In this document: piece by piece, positions 1 through 11,966 of the stretch
Numbering within the stretch: the first letter of the stretch is position 1
Layout of the letters: each line of letters opens with the position of its first letter
NCBI GenBank assembly: GCA_964016885.1
Contig: OZ024747.1
Span: forward strand, 27,838,001 to 27,902,000
Reading direction: 5' to 3'
DNA length: 64,000 nt
Origin: Eledone cirrhosa
Taxonomy: Eukaryota
Position numbers and translations under genes: made by a program
Notes under the pieces: model-generated
Seen by the model: the letters and a program-made list of their open reading frames with translations, nothing else
Database searches by the model: none
What the model was told of the DNA's origin: nothing

Positions 1-87
1 CATGCCTGTAGGTTAGTAGGGCAGTTCTGTTGGCCTTCATAGGCCCACACAGGACAGTGTGATACTGTTGATATTCTGTTTAAATTG

Positions 88-486
88 TTACCGGTTCACT
101 CCTTTAGCAAAGAGAATGAAAGGTGTTCCAGTGGGATGATACTCTGGGTAGGAAGGACTGGTTACGGGGGTTAGAATAGAAACTGGGGATGATGGGGACA
201 ACATGGGGAATGAGGGGAAGACTGATGAATAAGTCAGGAGTGCCTGAGGGGAGAAACAAACACACACATACAAACACTCACATACATGGTCACAAACATT
301 CAGGCACTCACACATACATACACACATTCACATATTAACACACACACAAACACTCACATACATAGTCACAGGCATGCAGGTACTCACACATACATACACA
401 CACTCACATATTCACACACACATACACACATACACATTCACAAACATGCAGGAACTCACACATACATATACACACACAAACACACA

Positions 487-551
<65 letters not shown>

Positions 552-827
552 AGAGTGAGAGAGAGACATATATATATTTGTATGTATACATATATACACA
601 CGAAACCCATATACAGAAATTAAATGTCAATTTGAAATAACAGTTTCACTTACCATTCGTGGATGTTTAAAAGTGGTAAATTTTAATTCTTGTGGTTTTT
701 GCCAATGAAAGTTATCATCATCATCATGTACTGTATCCACATGATCCAGGGTTCTGGAAGCCCTAGAAGCTGGCCCCAGGGATTTATCATCTAAGTCAAA
801 GGAGTACATCTTTAGTTTCAGCGACAT
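88..827 (-). CDS. Putative two-exon gene of unknown function (exons 654-827 and 88-243; 109 aa if the TAA at 88 is used)
   Basis: ATG at 827 opens a non-repetitive ORF (MSLKLKMYSFDLDDK...KHPRM) ending at a consensus donor ATG|GTAAGT (653). The pyrimidine-rich acceptor TTTCTCCCCTCAG| (244) continues in phase 0 (ALLTYSSVFPSFPMLSP...GVNR*). No homologue recognised. Confidence 0.45.
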
Positions 828-1003
828 CTTTGTAAATTGGGGAGGGGGAACGATAAGACCCCTCCAAAAAAACCCAAAGATATGTCACTGGTGTCTATGT
901 CTGTCTGTTGAATGTTTATGAAGGAATACAAGGGTGAGAGAGTGGTGTGTTGTGTAGGTCTAGTGACGGGGAAGTGGATGTGGTAGAGTAAAAGAGAAAG
1001 AGG

Positions 1004-1044
<41 letters not shown>

Positions 1045-1162
1045 ACTGGTGGTGGAGAGTGGGGGGCAGGAGGAACCGTTGGAGAGTAGGAGAGAGAGAG
1101 GGTGTGTATGACTGGAGATGTGGGAGTGGAGAAACATAGATAGTGTATAAAACAAAGGCTGA

Positions 1163-1164
<2 letters not shown>

Positions 1165-1249
<85 letters not shown>

Positions 1250-1260
1250 TGAGAGAGAGA
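1165..1260. repeat. (GA)n microsatellite
   Basis: About 95 bp of near-perfect GA repeat. Confidence 0.95.
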
Positions 1261-1792
1261 GTGTGTGTAGGTGTTAGTTTGAGGGGGTGGGGGTTAGTGA
1301 GAGGGTGGGGCTAAATATGCAGAAGTGGAGGTATAATTTTCCAGATAGATAAATAGATAGGGACAGAGAGGGGGTAGAAAGCGAAAGAGAGGGGGGGGGG
1401 GGGTAGAAAGAGAAAGAGAGAGAGAAAGAGAGAGGGGATTTAGATACTGGAAGTGTAGGGTAAATATAAATCAGTAGAAATATAATTTTTAAGAAAGACA
1501 TATACATACATATATACATATATGTTAGTGAGTGTGTGTGTGTGTGAGAGAGAGGAGTTACAGGTGTTGGTGAAGTTGGATGTTAATATCAAAATGCAGG
1601 TATCAATGCAGGTATTATATTTGGCAGTAATACAGGTGTCTACCACTGAGACAACCTCACCACTATATATTAGACACACTACATAGAGTATCTCATTATA
1701 TCATGACAGATGGCAATATTGCCTCAGGCTGGCTGGCTGGTAGGTAGGCTGGATCCTTTTTAGTGCTTTGGTTTTTAATTATTATTATTTTT

Positions 1793-1972
1793 TTGGCAGT
1801 ATCGGTAGAGAGTCTGACGCCATGCTTTCCAGCATAGTTACGCCCCTTTACGATCTGAGTTCAAATCCGGCCGAGGTTAACTTTGCCTTTCATCCTTACG
1901 GGGTCGATAAAATAAAGTACCAGTAATGTACTGGGTAATTGCTGGCCTTGTGCCTAAAATAGAAACAATTAT
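1793..1972 (+). mobile_element. tRNA-derived SINE with Meta-type central domain
   Basis: B box GAGTTCAAATCC, central GCCTTTCATCCTTACGGGGTCGATAAAATAAAGTACCAG and tail GGCCTTGTGCCTAAAATAGAAACAATT. About 10 copies occur in the window. Confidence 0.85.
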
Positions 1973-2251
1973 TTTTTAATTTTATTTTTTTTTAATGCTA
2001 AACAAGTTTCAGGATAATAAGACAGAACATGTTTATGTGTGTTTATATATATATATTTTAGCTTGATTTGCTTTTTGGCTTAGGTGGTTGATGCTTTCTT
2101 GACCACTATTTCAGTTTTGTTTGGCCTCTTAACATATTGTTTAGCTCTGGTTTTTTAACTATTGAGCGCTTGCCAGTATCATTTCTGATTTTTGCGTTTC
2201 GTTTTGCCATTTCTACCCGCCGAAATGCGATTCTCGCTGAATCTATATCTA

Positions 2252-2309
<58 letters not shown>

Positions 2310-2859
2310 GATAATAATTATTATTATCATTCAGCATTATCATCATCATCATAGTTTAACATTCATCTTCCACGCTTGTATAATGATAATAATTATTATA
2401 ATGATAATAATTATTATTATCATTATATATATATATATATAATGATAATAATAATAAAAATGATGAATCACATACACTATATAAATATATATATAAATCA
2501 TTCCTTTCTCTTTCTCTTCTTACTTTCTTCATCCTCCTTTACATTTGTTCCAGATATCACACATGTGTGACCATCTTTCATGACACTGATTTCTCTCTGA
2601 CCAGTCACATGTGTAGCATTGTCTGTTTGTCTATAATTTCTTTCTTGCTCAGTCCTGTTTTTTTGTGTTGATTGTAGTTTAATGACTGGTATTAATATGC
2701 AATTATTCATGATATATTTTTATATTTACTAGAATTTTTTTTAACTCACTGACGCATTTGTGTATATGTGTGTGCATGTGGGTATGGGCATATACATATA
2801 TTTATATGTATGAATATATAAATATAAACATACGAACATAGACACAATTACAAAAATAC

Positions 2860-5250
2860 ACACTCACAGACATACATCCACACAAACACACAGATACATT
2901 CACACAAACACACACATACACTCACACAAACGCATACATACATTCACACAAACACACACATACATTCACACAAACACACACATACATTCACACAAGCACA
3001 CACATACATTCACACAAACACACACATACACTCACACAAACACACATACATTCACACAAGCACACACATACATTCACACAAACACACATACATTCACACA
3101 AACACACACATACACTCACACAAACACACACATACATTCACACAAACACACACATACTCTGACACAAACACATACATATATTCACACAAACACACACATA
3201 CTCTCATACAAACACATACATACATTCACACAAACACACACATACTCTCATACAAACACATACATACATTCACACAAACACACACATACATTCACACAAA
3301 CACACACTTACATTCACACAAACACACACATACTCTCACACAAACACATACATACATTCACACAAACACACACATACATTCACACAAACACACACATACA
3401 CTGACACAAACACACACATACATTCACACAAAAACACACATACATTCACACAAACACACACATACATTCACACAAACACACACATACACTCACACAGACA
3501 CACACATACATTCACACAAACACACACATACATTCACACAAACACACATACATTCACACAAACACACACATACACTCACACAAACACACACATACATTCA
3601 CACAAACACACACATACTCTGACACAAACACATACATATTCACACAAACACACACATACTCTCATACAAACACATACATACACTCACACAAACACACACA
3701 TACTCTCATACAAACACATACATACATTCACACAAACACACACGTACATTCACACAAACACACACTTACATTCACACAAACACACACATACTCTCACACA
3801 AACACATACATACATTCACACAAACACACACATACATTCACACAAACACACACATACACTCACACAAACACACACATACATTCACACAAACACACACATA
3901 CATTCACACAAACACACACATACACTCACACAGACACACACATACATTCACACAAACACATACATTCACACAAACACACACATACTCTCATACAAACACA
4001 CATACATTCACACAAACACACACATACACTCACACAAACACACACATACATTCACACAAACACACACATACTCTCACACAAACACATACATACATTCACA
4101 CAAACACACACATACTCTCATACAAACACATACATACATTCACACAAACACACACATACATTCACACAAACACACACTTACATTCACACAAACACACACA
4201 TACTCTCACACAAACACATACATACATTCACACAAACACACACATACATTCACACAAACACACACATACACTCACACAAACACACACATACATTCACACA
4301 AACACACACATACACTCACACAAACACACACATACATTCACACAAACACACATACATTCACACAAACACACACATACACTCACACAAACACACACATACA
4401 TTCACACAAACACACACATACACTCACACAAACACACACATACATTCACACAAACACACACATACTCTGACACAAACACATACATACATTCACGCAAACA
4501 CACACATACTCTCATACAAACACACACATACATTCACACAAATACACACATACATTCACACAAACACACACATACATTCACACAAACACACACATACACT
4601 GACACAAACACACGCATACATTCACACAAACACACACATACTCTCACACAAACACACACATACACTCACACAAACACACACATACATTCACACAAACACA
4701 CACATACATTCACACAAACACACACATACACTCACACAAACACACACATACATTCACACAAACATACACATACATTCACACAAACACACACATACATTCA
4801 CACAAACACACACATACTCTCACACAAACACATACATACATTCACACAAACACACACATACATTCACACAAACACATACATACACTCACACAAACACACA
4901 TACATTCACACAAACACACACATACATTCACACAAACACACACATACTCTCACACAAACACATACATACATTCACACAAACACACATACATTCACACAAA
5001 CACATACATACACTCACACAAACACACACATACATTCACACAAACACACATACATTCACACAAACACACACATACACTCACACAAACACACACATACATT
5101 CACACAAACACACACATACATTCACACAAACACACACATACACTCACACAAACACACACATACTCTCACACAAACACATACATACATTCACACAAACACA
5201 CCTACATTCACACAAACACACACACAAACACATACACATACACTCACACA
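2860..5250. repeat. ~20-bp CA-rich minisatellite (CACATACATTCACACAAACA)n
   Basis: 2.4-kb array of 18-20 bp variants, almost G-free on the + strand. Confidence 0.95.
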
Positions 5251-6214
5251 CAACATAGTTTTTTCACTGTCCCCTTCCTTCTCTTTTACACACATATACA
5301 TTCACGAAGGTAGCAGACATAAAGAGAGAGAAGTAGTATGAGGTAGTAAATTACTCCTCTCTCTCTTTATGTGTTGTCACAGAAATATATATTTAGATGT
5401 TTGTGATTTACTATTGGTTCAATGATTACATTGTTCACTCAGTTATAATTTTCATTCTTTTAATATTGTATATGTTTGTTTCATTAGTGGTTTTTCTTCT
5501 GTTAATGTTATATGCTCATTTGTCTTTTTCGGTAGTGTTAAATGTAGCACTAAACATTCCAGAAGTATGTGAAACTACGTTCTGATGGGGGACAGCTGAC
5601 AACCAGGATCTACATGTTATTTTCCTTGATTTTGTTTTCCATTCGTTTAGTCTCCATTCTTCACTGTCTTTGTTCCATTTTGAATTATATGTGTGTGTAT
5701 GTGTGTATATGTGTGTGTATGTGTGTGTGTGTGTGTGTGTGTGAGTGTGAGTGTATGTGCGTGTGTCTGTGTAGAGAGAAAAGGAGATAGAGGTAGAGGG
5801 AGAGATGTTAATATACTACTACACTTACATATTATATATATATATCAAGGGCGGTGCCCCAGCATGGCCTCAGCCGGATGGCTGAAACAGGTAAAAGAGT
5901 AAAAGAGTAATATATATATATACACACACACACACAGGGTGTTCCAAAAAATGTATACGCACTACTGTTGTGAGCAATGCCAGGTCAAGTTACCATGTCT
6001 TGCTCATACAGAACTGATTTTGGCTTGATTTCTCCAGGTGGATGCCCTTCCTAACACCAACCTCATTTACAGTGAGTACTGGGTTGCTTTTTTACAGTGG
6101 GGGCATACTGTCTATATGCTTCAGCTTCAGCTTGTACCTGTGGGAAGTCAGGTCATATATATATATATATGTGTGTGTGTACATATACATAAACATGTGT
6201 GTATAACATGATGT

Positions 6215-6330
6215 GAGTTCAAATCCCGCCGAGGTTAACTTAGCCTTTCATCCTCATGGAGTCAATAAAATAAAGCACCAGTAATGCACTGGGGTAATTG
6301 CTGGCCTTGTGCCAAAAGTAGAAACAATTA
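6215..6330 (+). mobile_element. Meta-type SINE, 5'-truncated
   Basis: GAGTTCAAATCCCGCCGAGGTTAAC...GGCCTTGTGCCAAAAGTAGAAAC, same family as the 1793 copy. Confidence 0.8.
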
Positions 6331-7512
6331 TTTAGGCAGCACTGCTCCATCATGATTTTATTTAAGAACCTTTAAGTTATGTTCCAAATACCAGCCTAAT
6401 TATGAGAAAGTTAGTTATATTACAAAATCTTTCCAAATTGTTGATTATTTCCAAAATGATTTTCAAATCAATGGCAATGTTTTTCACAAGAAATATATAA
6501 TGAAAGGGTTAAGTTTATCTCCATATATTTAAAATAGGGGGGGGGATCTGTCTGTGTGAAAATATTTCAGTTTCTACTCCCGACATCTTCTTAACTGTTA
6601 TAAATTTTCTACATCTAAAATATGCCAGGGTGGGTGGGCGGTTTGAAGTATCTGTGTGTGAGAAAATATTTAAAACCCTTTTGATACCAAACTGTCTGAA
6701 ACCGCGCCTGGTTTCATGATACAAAAATGTTTATTTTAAAATGTTTATATCTATCTAAAAACCTTCCATCATGATTTTGTGTAAGAGCTTTTGTAATGTT
6801 CCAAGCACCAGATGAATGAAAAAGTTAGTTATATTACTAAATCCTTCCAAATTCTTGATTATTTTCAAAACTCTTTGCAAATCATAGACAGTGTCTTTCT
6901 ATAAAAATATGGTAATGAAAGGGTTAAAGTGTCTATATTTATCTAAAAATTCACCCATCTTAACTTAATGTAAGAACCTCGGTTAAGTTATGTTCCAAAC
7001 ATCAACAGGATAATAAAATATATATTATACATTTAAAATGTGGCAGTGGGGAAGAGATATCTGTGTGCGTGTGATAAAATATTTAAGCTTTGCTTCTCTT
7101 CATCATTATTATCTTTTCTGTCTACATAGTCCTTCATAGTGATAATATGTATTTCCTTTAAGTTAAGGGTGGAATTAAATAGCTTTAAATTTGGTATTTC
7201 TGTCGATAATAGCAACTCAGCACAGAAAAATACCACGCCTTTTCATGTGTGCGTGTGTATGTATGTATTTGTATACATATGTGTGTGTCTGTGTATATAT
7301 GTGTGCATGTCTATAAATATATATATATATACATATATATAAAGTCTGTGGTGGCCACAAATCAGGGTAGTACTCTATGCATGGGAAGAAGCAGAATGAG
7401 CACAAAGGAAGGTAAAAACCCAAATGTGATGCCTAGTGGTTCCAGCTTGTATTCGACAAGCCTTTTCAAGGTGGGTTTTTTACCTTCCTTTATGTATATA
7501 TATATATAAGAA

Positions 7513-7957
7513 TTCATGTGAAATAAATTCCTTCAGCTTCCGGGGAGACTCTTTAAAAGTTGTCAACAACATCTGTTACTTAGGCGATCAAATTAGCTGT
7601 TGGGGAGAATGCACTGAAAATGTGATAGCCAGGATCAGAACAGAAGTTGAGAGAGCTAATACCTTTGCTGACAACAAAGTGCTTCTTGTTCAGAATGAAG
7701 GCAGGCTGTATGATGCCTGTGTACGAACTGCAATGCTACATGGCAGTGAAACATGGGCCATAACTACAGAAAACCTGTGAAGGCTAGAGAGAAATGAAGT
7801 GAGTATGCTCTGATGGATGTGTAATGTTAGTGTGCATGAACTATATAGCATAAGTGAACTGAGAGGAAAACTTGACACTCTGAAAGATAAATTAGGTGAA
7901 ATTGTGGAACTGTTAGTCAGAAGAGAAATAGATGTATGCTGTGTACAAGAAGTGAGA
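7513..7957 (+). mobile_element. Degenerate RTE LINE fragments (post-RT region, then APE N-terminus)
   Basis: Translates to GRLYDACVRTAMLHGSETW, followed by TLKDKLGEIVELLVRREIDVCCVQEVR (APE-like QE motif). Confidence 0.75.
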
Positions 7958-7965
7958 TAGATAGA

Positions 7966-8378
7966 TATCTTTCTTTATTTGTCACAAGGGCATACAAAAA
8001 TGGGATATTAGAAGACATGACGTCAGGGGTTTTACATAAAAATCATATAACTTTAACATTATTAAATAATAATAAACTACGGTATATATAAAATAAAATA
8101 GCAATCGAAATCCCCAACAGAGGGGAACGTTACTGTGGGGTTGTTTTACACCCAGTAGATAGAACAACCCTCAACACCAAGAGCACGTTTTGTAGGTGTT
8201 CCCGTCTTCCCTCTGTTTGTCTTCCTCAACCTACAGGTTTATATAAAGAGATATTCACTCAGGCCATTCTCGCCACATTCACCCACCTTTCAGCAAATTT
8301 ACTGAGGTATAGCACCTCTCTTTCTACTCTCACCTTCCTTCTGAAGTGGTATTTAAAGAAGGGGATGAATTGTCTGGA
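7966..8378 (-). mobile_element. Tx1-clade LINE 3' fragment
   Basis: Aligns by eye to 11730-12120 of the full-length Tx1 (ATTCACTCAGGCCATTCTCGCCAC..., TTTCTTTATT poly(A) signal on the - strand). Confidence 0.8.
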
Positions 8379-8387
8379 GATAAATAA

Positions 8388-11300
8388 ATATGTTAGCAGA
8401 AAAATGGGTGGATAAGATAATAGATGTAAATAGAGTGAATGACAGAATAATTAAAATAAGACTTGTTCTAAACAGAACTACTGTGACAGTAATATCTGCA
8501 TACGCGCCCCAATCCGGACTGCCTGGCGCTATAAAAGACAGATTCTATGAGACACTGATGCTCACTACCTCCCAAATAACCGACAGTGACTATATAATTA
8601 TTGCTGGCGACCTAAATGGTCACGTTGGACAACATTGTGACGGCTATGACGGAATCCACGGAGGCTATGGGTTTGGTACTAGAAACGAGGAAGGCTCCAG
8701 AATCCTGGAATTCTGTGATGCGAACAACCTAACTATCTGTAACACTAACTTAAAAAAACGAGACAATCACTTGATCACCTACAGATCAGGAGAACATACC
8801 AGCCAGGTAGATTATATCCTTACCAGAAGACGTGACAGAGTGTCTGTTGTAAACACTAAATCCCTCCCCTATGAAGAATGCACCTCCCAACATAGACTGA
8901 TAATTAGCGACCTCATAGTCAGGACGAGACGTTCTAGACAGCAGAAGAGGACTATCCTCAGGAGAAAAATATGGAAGCTAAAGGATCCCACAGCCAGAAA
9001 TAAATTTCAAAGCATATTACTTGATGCTTTCGACAGTAAGGAAGAGCAATTAGAGTCGTACAAGGTAGAGGAACAGTGGGAATTCCTGAAAGCAAACCTG
9101 CTGATGGCGGCAGACGAAGTGTGTGGCTGGAGCAGGCCTGTAGGCAGGAGGAGAGTAACATGGTGGTGGAACAGTAAGGTGGAGGGGTCAATCAAGGCCA
9201 AAAAGCAGGCTTGGAAAGCATGGCGGGATGGGGGAAGTAGAGAAGACTATCAAGCGGCCAGGAGGGAAGCTAGGAGACAAGTGTACTTCGCAAGAAGGGA
9301 AGCAGAGGAAAGAAAGTTCAAGCATGTTCTACAACGCGAGGACCAAAAACGTGAGGTGTTCAGGATTGCTAGGCAATGTGTCAAGGAAAACCGTGATATT
9401 GTCGGGGAGAAGTGTGTACTTAACGATGATGGCGTACTTGCCATCACTGACACTGATAAGAAGGTAGCTTGGAAGTGTCACTACGAAAGGCTACTAAATG
9501 AGGAGAATAAATGGGAGAAAGACAGTCTCCCCCACATCGATCCAATAGAGGGACCAGCAGTGTTAGTCGAAGGTAGTATAATAAGTAAGGCAATCAAAGA
9601 TATGAAGACGGGTAAGGCGGCTGGGCCTTCGGAAATAGTTGCTGAGATGCTGAAAGCCTCCGGTACGGTGGGACACACCATGGTCACCCGGATAGTAAAC
9701 CAAGTCATACAGAATGGGGTTGTTCCGAAGGACTGGCGTAGCAGCATCATCGTTAACTGTTACAAGGGTAAAGGAGACGCCCTAGATAGGAGTAACTATA
9801 GAGGCATTAAATTAATCGACCAGGTCATGAAGGTCACGGAAAAAGTAATAGCGCAACTAATCAGAGAGAGAATTGATCTAGATGAAATGCAGTTCGGGTT
9901 TGTGTCAGGCAAAAGTACCACAGACGCTCTTTTCATTGTACGACAACTACAGGAGAAGTACCTAGCTAAAAGTAAACCCCTATACTTAGCTTTTGTCGAC
10001 TTGGAGAAAGCCTTCGACAGAGTCTCCCGTTCCATTATCTGGTGGGCTCTTAGAAAACTAGGTGTTGACGAATGGCTTGTGAGAGCCATACAAGCCATGT
10101 ATAAAGAAACAGTCAGCAAGGTTAGAATTAACAACGAATATAGTGAAGAGTTTAGCGTAAAAGTTGGTGTCCATCAGGGCTCTGTTCTTAGCCCCCTACT
10201 ATTTATTATTGCCCTTCAGGCTATAACAGAGGAGTTCAAGACCGGCTGCCCATGGGAACTCCTATACGCAGATGATCTAACGCTCATAGCTGAATCAATG
10301 GCCGAGCTAGAGAAGAAATTCCAAACATGGAAGCATGGCCTAGAATCAAAAGGCCTTAAAATTAACCTGGCTAAGACTAAAGTTCTAGTTTGTAGGAAAG
10401 AAAATAAGGCGCCGGTCCCCTCCGGGAAATGGCCATGCTCAGTGTGTAGGAAAGGCGTAGGTAGAAACTCCATTTTATGTCCCAAATGCAAAGTATGGGT
10501 GCATAAAAGATGTAGTGGGATCACAGGTAAGCTAACTAAGAACACAGATTTTACATGTGGCCGGTGCTCTGGTGCAATAAGTAGCAGCAAGTGCCCACAA
10601 AATACTAACTCTTTCAATTGCGCAGAGGGTTCTATAGAAATAGTGGATAGCTTCCGTTACCTGGGTGACAAAATCAGCAGTGGGGGAGGGTGCTCTGAAA
10701 GTACAGTAGCTAGAGTCAGAACTGGATGGAAAAAGTTCAGAGAGCTTATACCACTATTAGCCGCTAAAGGGTTCTCCCTAAAAATGAAAGGCAGGTTGTA
10801 TGATGCCTGCATACGAACAGCAATGTTGCATGGCAGTGAGACCTGGGCATTGTGTGCAGAGGATATACGCAGACTAGAGAGGAACGAAGCTTGCATGCTC
10901 CGCTGGATGTGTAATAGTAATATACGTGAACGGCAAAGCATAAACGAACTAAGGAAAAAATTAGAAATAAGAGGGATCAGATGTTGTTTACTCGAGAGAA
11001 GGCTACGTTGGTATGGTCACGTGATGCGCATGAAAGACGACAGCTGTATAACAAAGTGCAGGGCAATAAAGATAGATGGTAGCCACGGAGTAGGCAGACC
11101 CAGGAAAACCTGGGACGAGCTGATAAATTCCGACCTCACACACTTACACCTCTCCAAGACAATGTCACTGGACCAAGACCTTTGGCGGTACTCAGTAACA
11201 GAGAAGACCCGCCTTACCTAAATACAAAGTAAAACCTACTAGTCAGTAGGCATCTCTAACAAAATACACCCCCGTCCCACCCCATCCACACCGCCCCCTT

Positions 11301-11720
11301 CAATGCAAAGTTATGTTGGTGCCACAACATCCAGGCCGAAACAAACGAGATCGTGTAGGTGTCACGACAAAAAAACACACAGTCCACGCTGTAATGTGAC
11401 CGTGTAGGCAACACGGTAAAAACCTCCCAGTCCCACACTATAAATGTGGTTGGTGTTAAGAAGGGCATCCAGCTGTAGAAAACACGCCAGACAGTCCACG
11501 CTGTGATGTGGCCGTGTAGGCAACACGGTAAAAACCTCCCAGCCCCACACTGTAAATGTGGTTGGTGTTAGGAAGGGCATCCAGCTGTAGAAAACCCGCC
11601 AGACAGTCCTATGCGAGCAAGACAACCACTCTTGCCTCAAGTGGGAAAACCCCCGTCCAAACCCATGCAAGCGTGGAACAGGGACGTTAAACGATGATGA
11701 TGATGATGATGATGATGATA
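8388..11720 (+). mobile_element. RTE-clade LINE, young, 5'-truncated or interrupted
   Basis: Long APE-RT ORF, 3' UTR with a tandem ~110-bp duplication containing GGTTGGTGTTAGGAAGGGCATCCAGCTGTAGAAA, and a (GAT)n tail. Confidence 0.95.
8390..11221 (+). CDS. RTE ORF: AP endonuclease (N-terminus missing), reverse transcriptase and PHD-type zinc finger
   Basis: Uninterrupted 943 aa. APE motifs SAYAPQ, GDLNGH, DYIL, SQHRL; RT motifs YRGIKL, FVDLEKAFD, QGSVLSP, YADD, YLG; CSVC..CPKC..HKRC..CGRC. Confidence 0.92.
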   Translation: MLAEKWVDKIIDVNRVNDRIIKIRLVLNRTTVTVISAYAPQSGLPGAIKDRFYETLMLTTSQITDSDYIIIAGDLNGHVGQHCDGYDGIHGGYGFGTRNEEGSRILEFCDANNLTICNTNLKKRDNHLITYRSGEHTSQVDYILTRRRDRVSVVNTKSLPYEECTSQHRLIISDLIVRTRRSRQQKRTILRRKIWKLKDPTARNKFQSILLDAFDSKEEQLESYKVEEQWEFLKANLLMAADEVCGWSRPVGRRRVTWWWNSKVEGSIKAKKQAWKAWRDGGSREDYQAARREARRQVYFARREAEERKFKHVLQREDQKREVFRIARQCVKENRDIVGEKCVLNDDGVLAITDTDKKVAWKCHYERLLNEENKWEKDSLPHIDPIEGPAVLVEGSIISKAIKDMKTGKAAGPSEIVAEMLKASGTVGHTMVTRIVNQVIQNGVVPKDWRSSIIVNCYKGKGDALDRSNYRGIKLIDQVMKVTEKVIAQLIRERIDLDEMQFGFVSGKSTTDALFIVRQLQEKYLAKSKPLYLAFVDLEKAFDRVSRSIIWWALRKLGVDEWLVRAIQAMYKETVSKVRINNEYSEEFSVKVGVHQGSVLSPLLFIIALQAITEEFKTGCPWELLYADDLTLIAESMAELEKKFQTWKHGLESKGLKINLAKTKVLVCRKENKAPVPSGKWPCSVCRKGVGRNSILCPKCKVWVHKRCSGITGKLTKNTDFTCGRCSGAISSSKCPQNTNSFNCAEGSIEIVDSFRYLGDKISSGGGCSESTVARVRTGWKKFRELIPLLAAKGFSLKMKGRLYDACIRTAMLHGSETWALCAEDIRRLERNEACMLRWMCNSNIRERQSINELRKKLEIRGIRCCLLERRLRWYGHVMRMKDDSCITKCRAIKIDGSHGVGRPRKTWDELINSDLTHLHLSKTMSLDQDLWRYSVTEKTRLT

Positions 11721-11966
11721 GATAGATGTGTTTCTTTATTAGCCACAGGGACACAAAAGAATGGGACAAATACAAAGGGGGAAGTTTACATACAATAAAA
11801 ACGTGTAAAATGTTATCACAAATGCAATTTAAAAAGTTAGTCGATTTTCCCCAATAGGGGAGACAGTTTATATGGGTAACACATACCCCCGAAAAAATGT
11901 GCAACCCTCATCTCCAGGAGTACGAAGAGTTTGTACTCATTTCCTCTCCTCCTCCTTTTCCTCAAC

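Noticed and set aside
1560-1735. Unique segment as an additional exon
   Set aside because: No consistent frame with flanking splice sites; at most a UTR exon.
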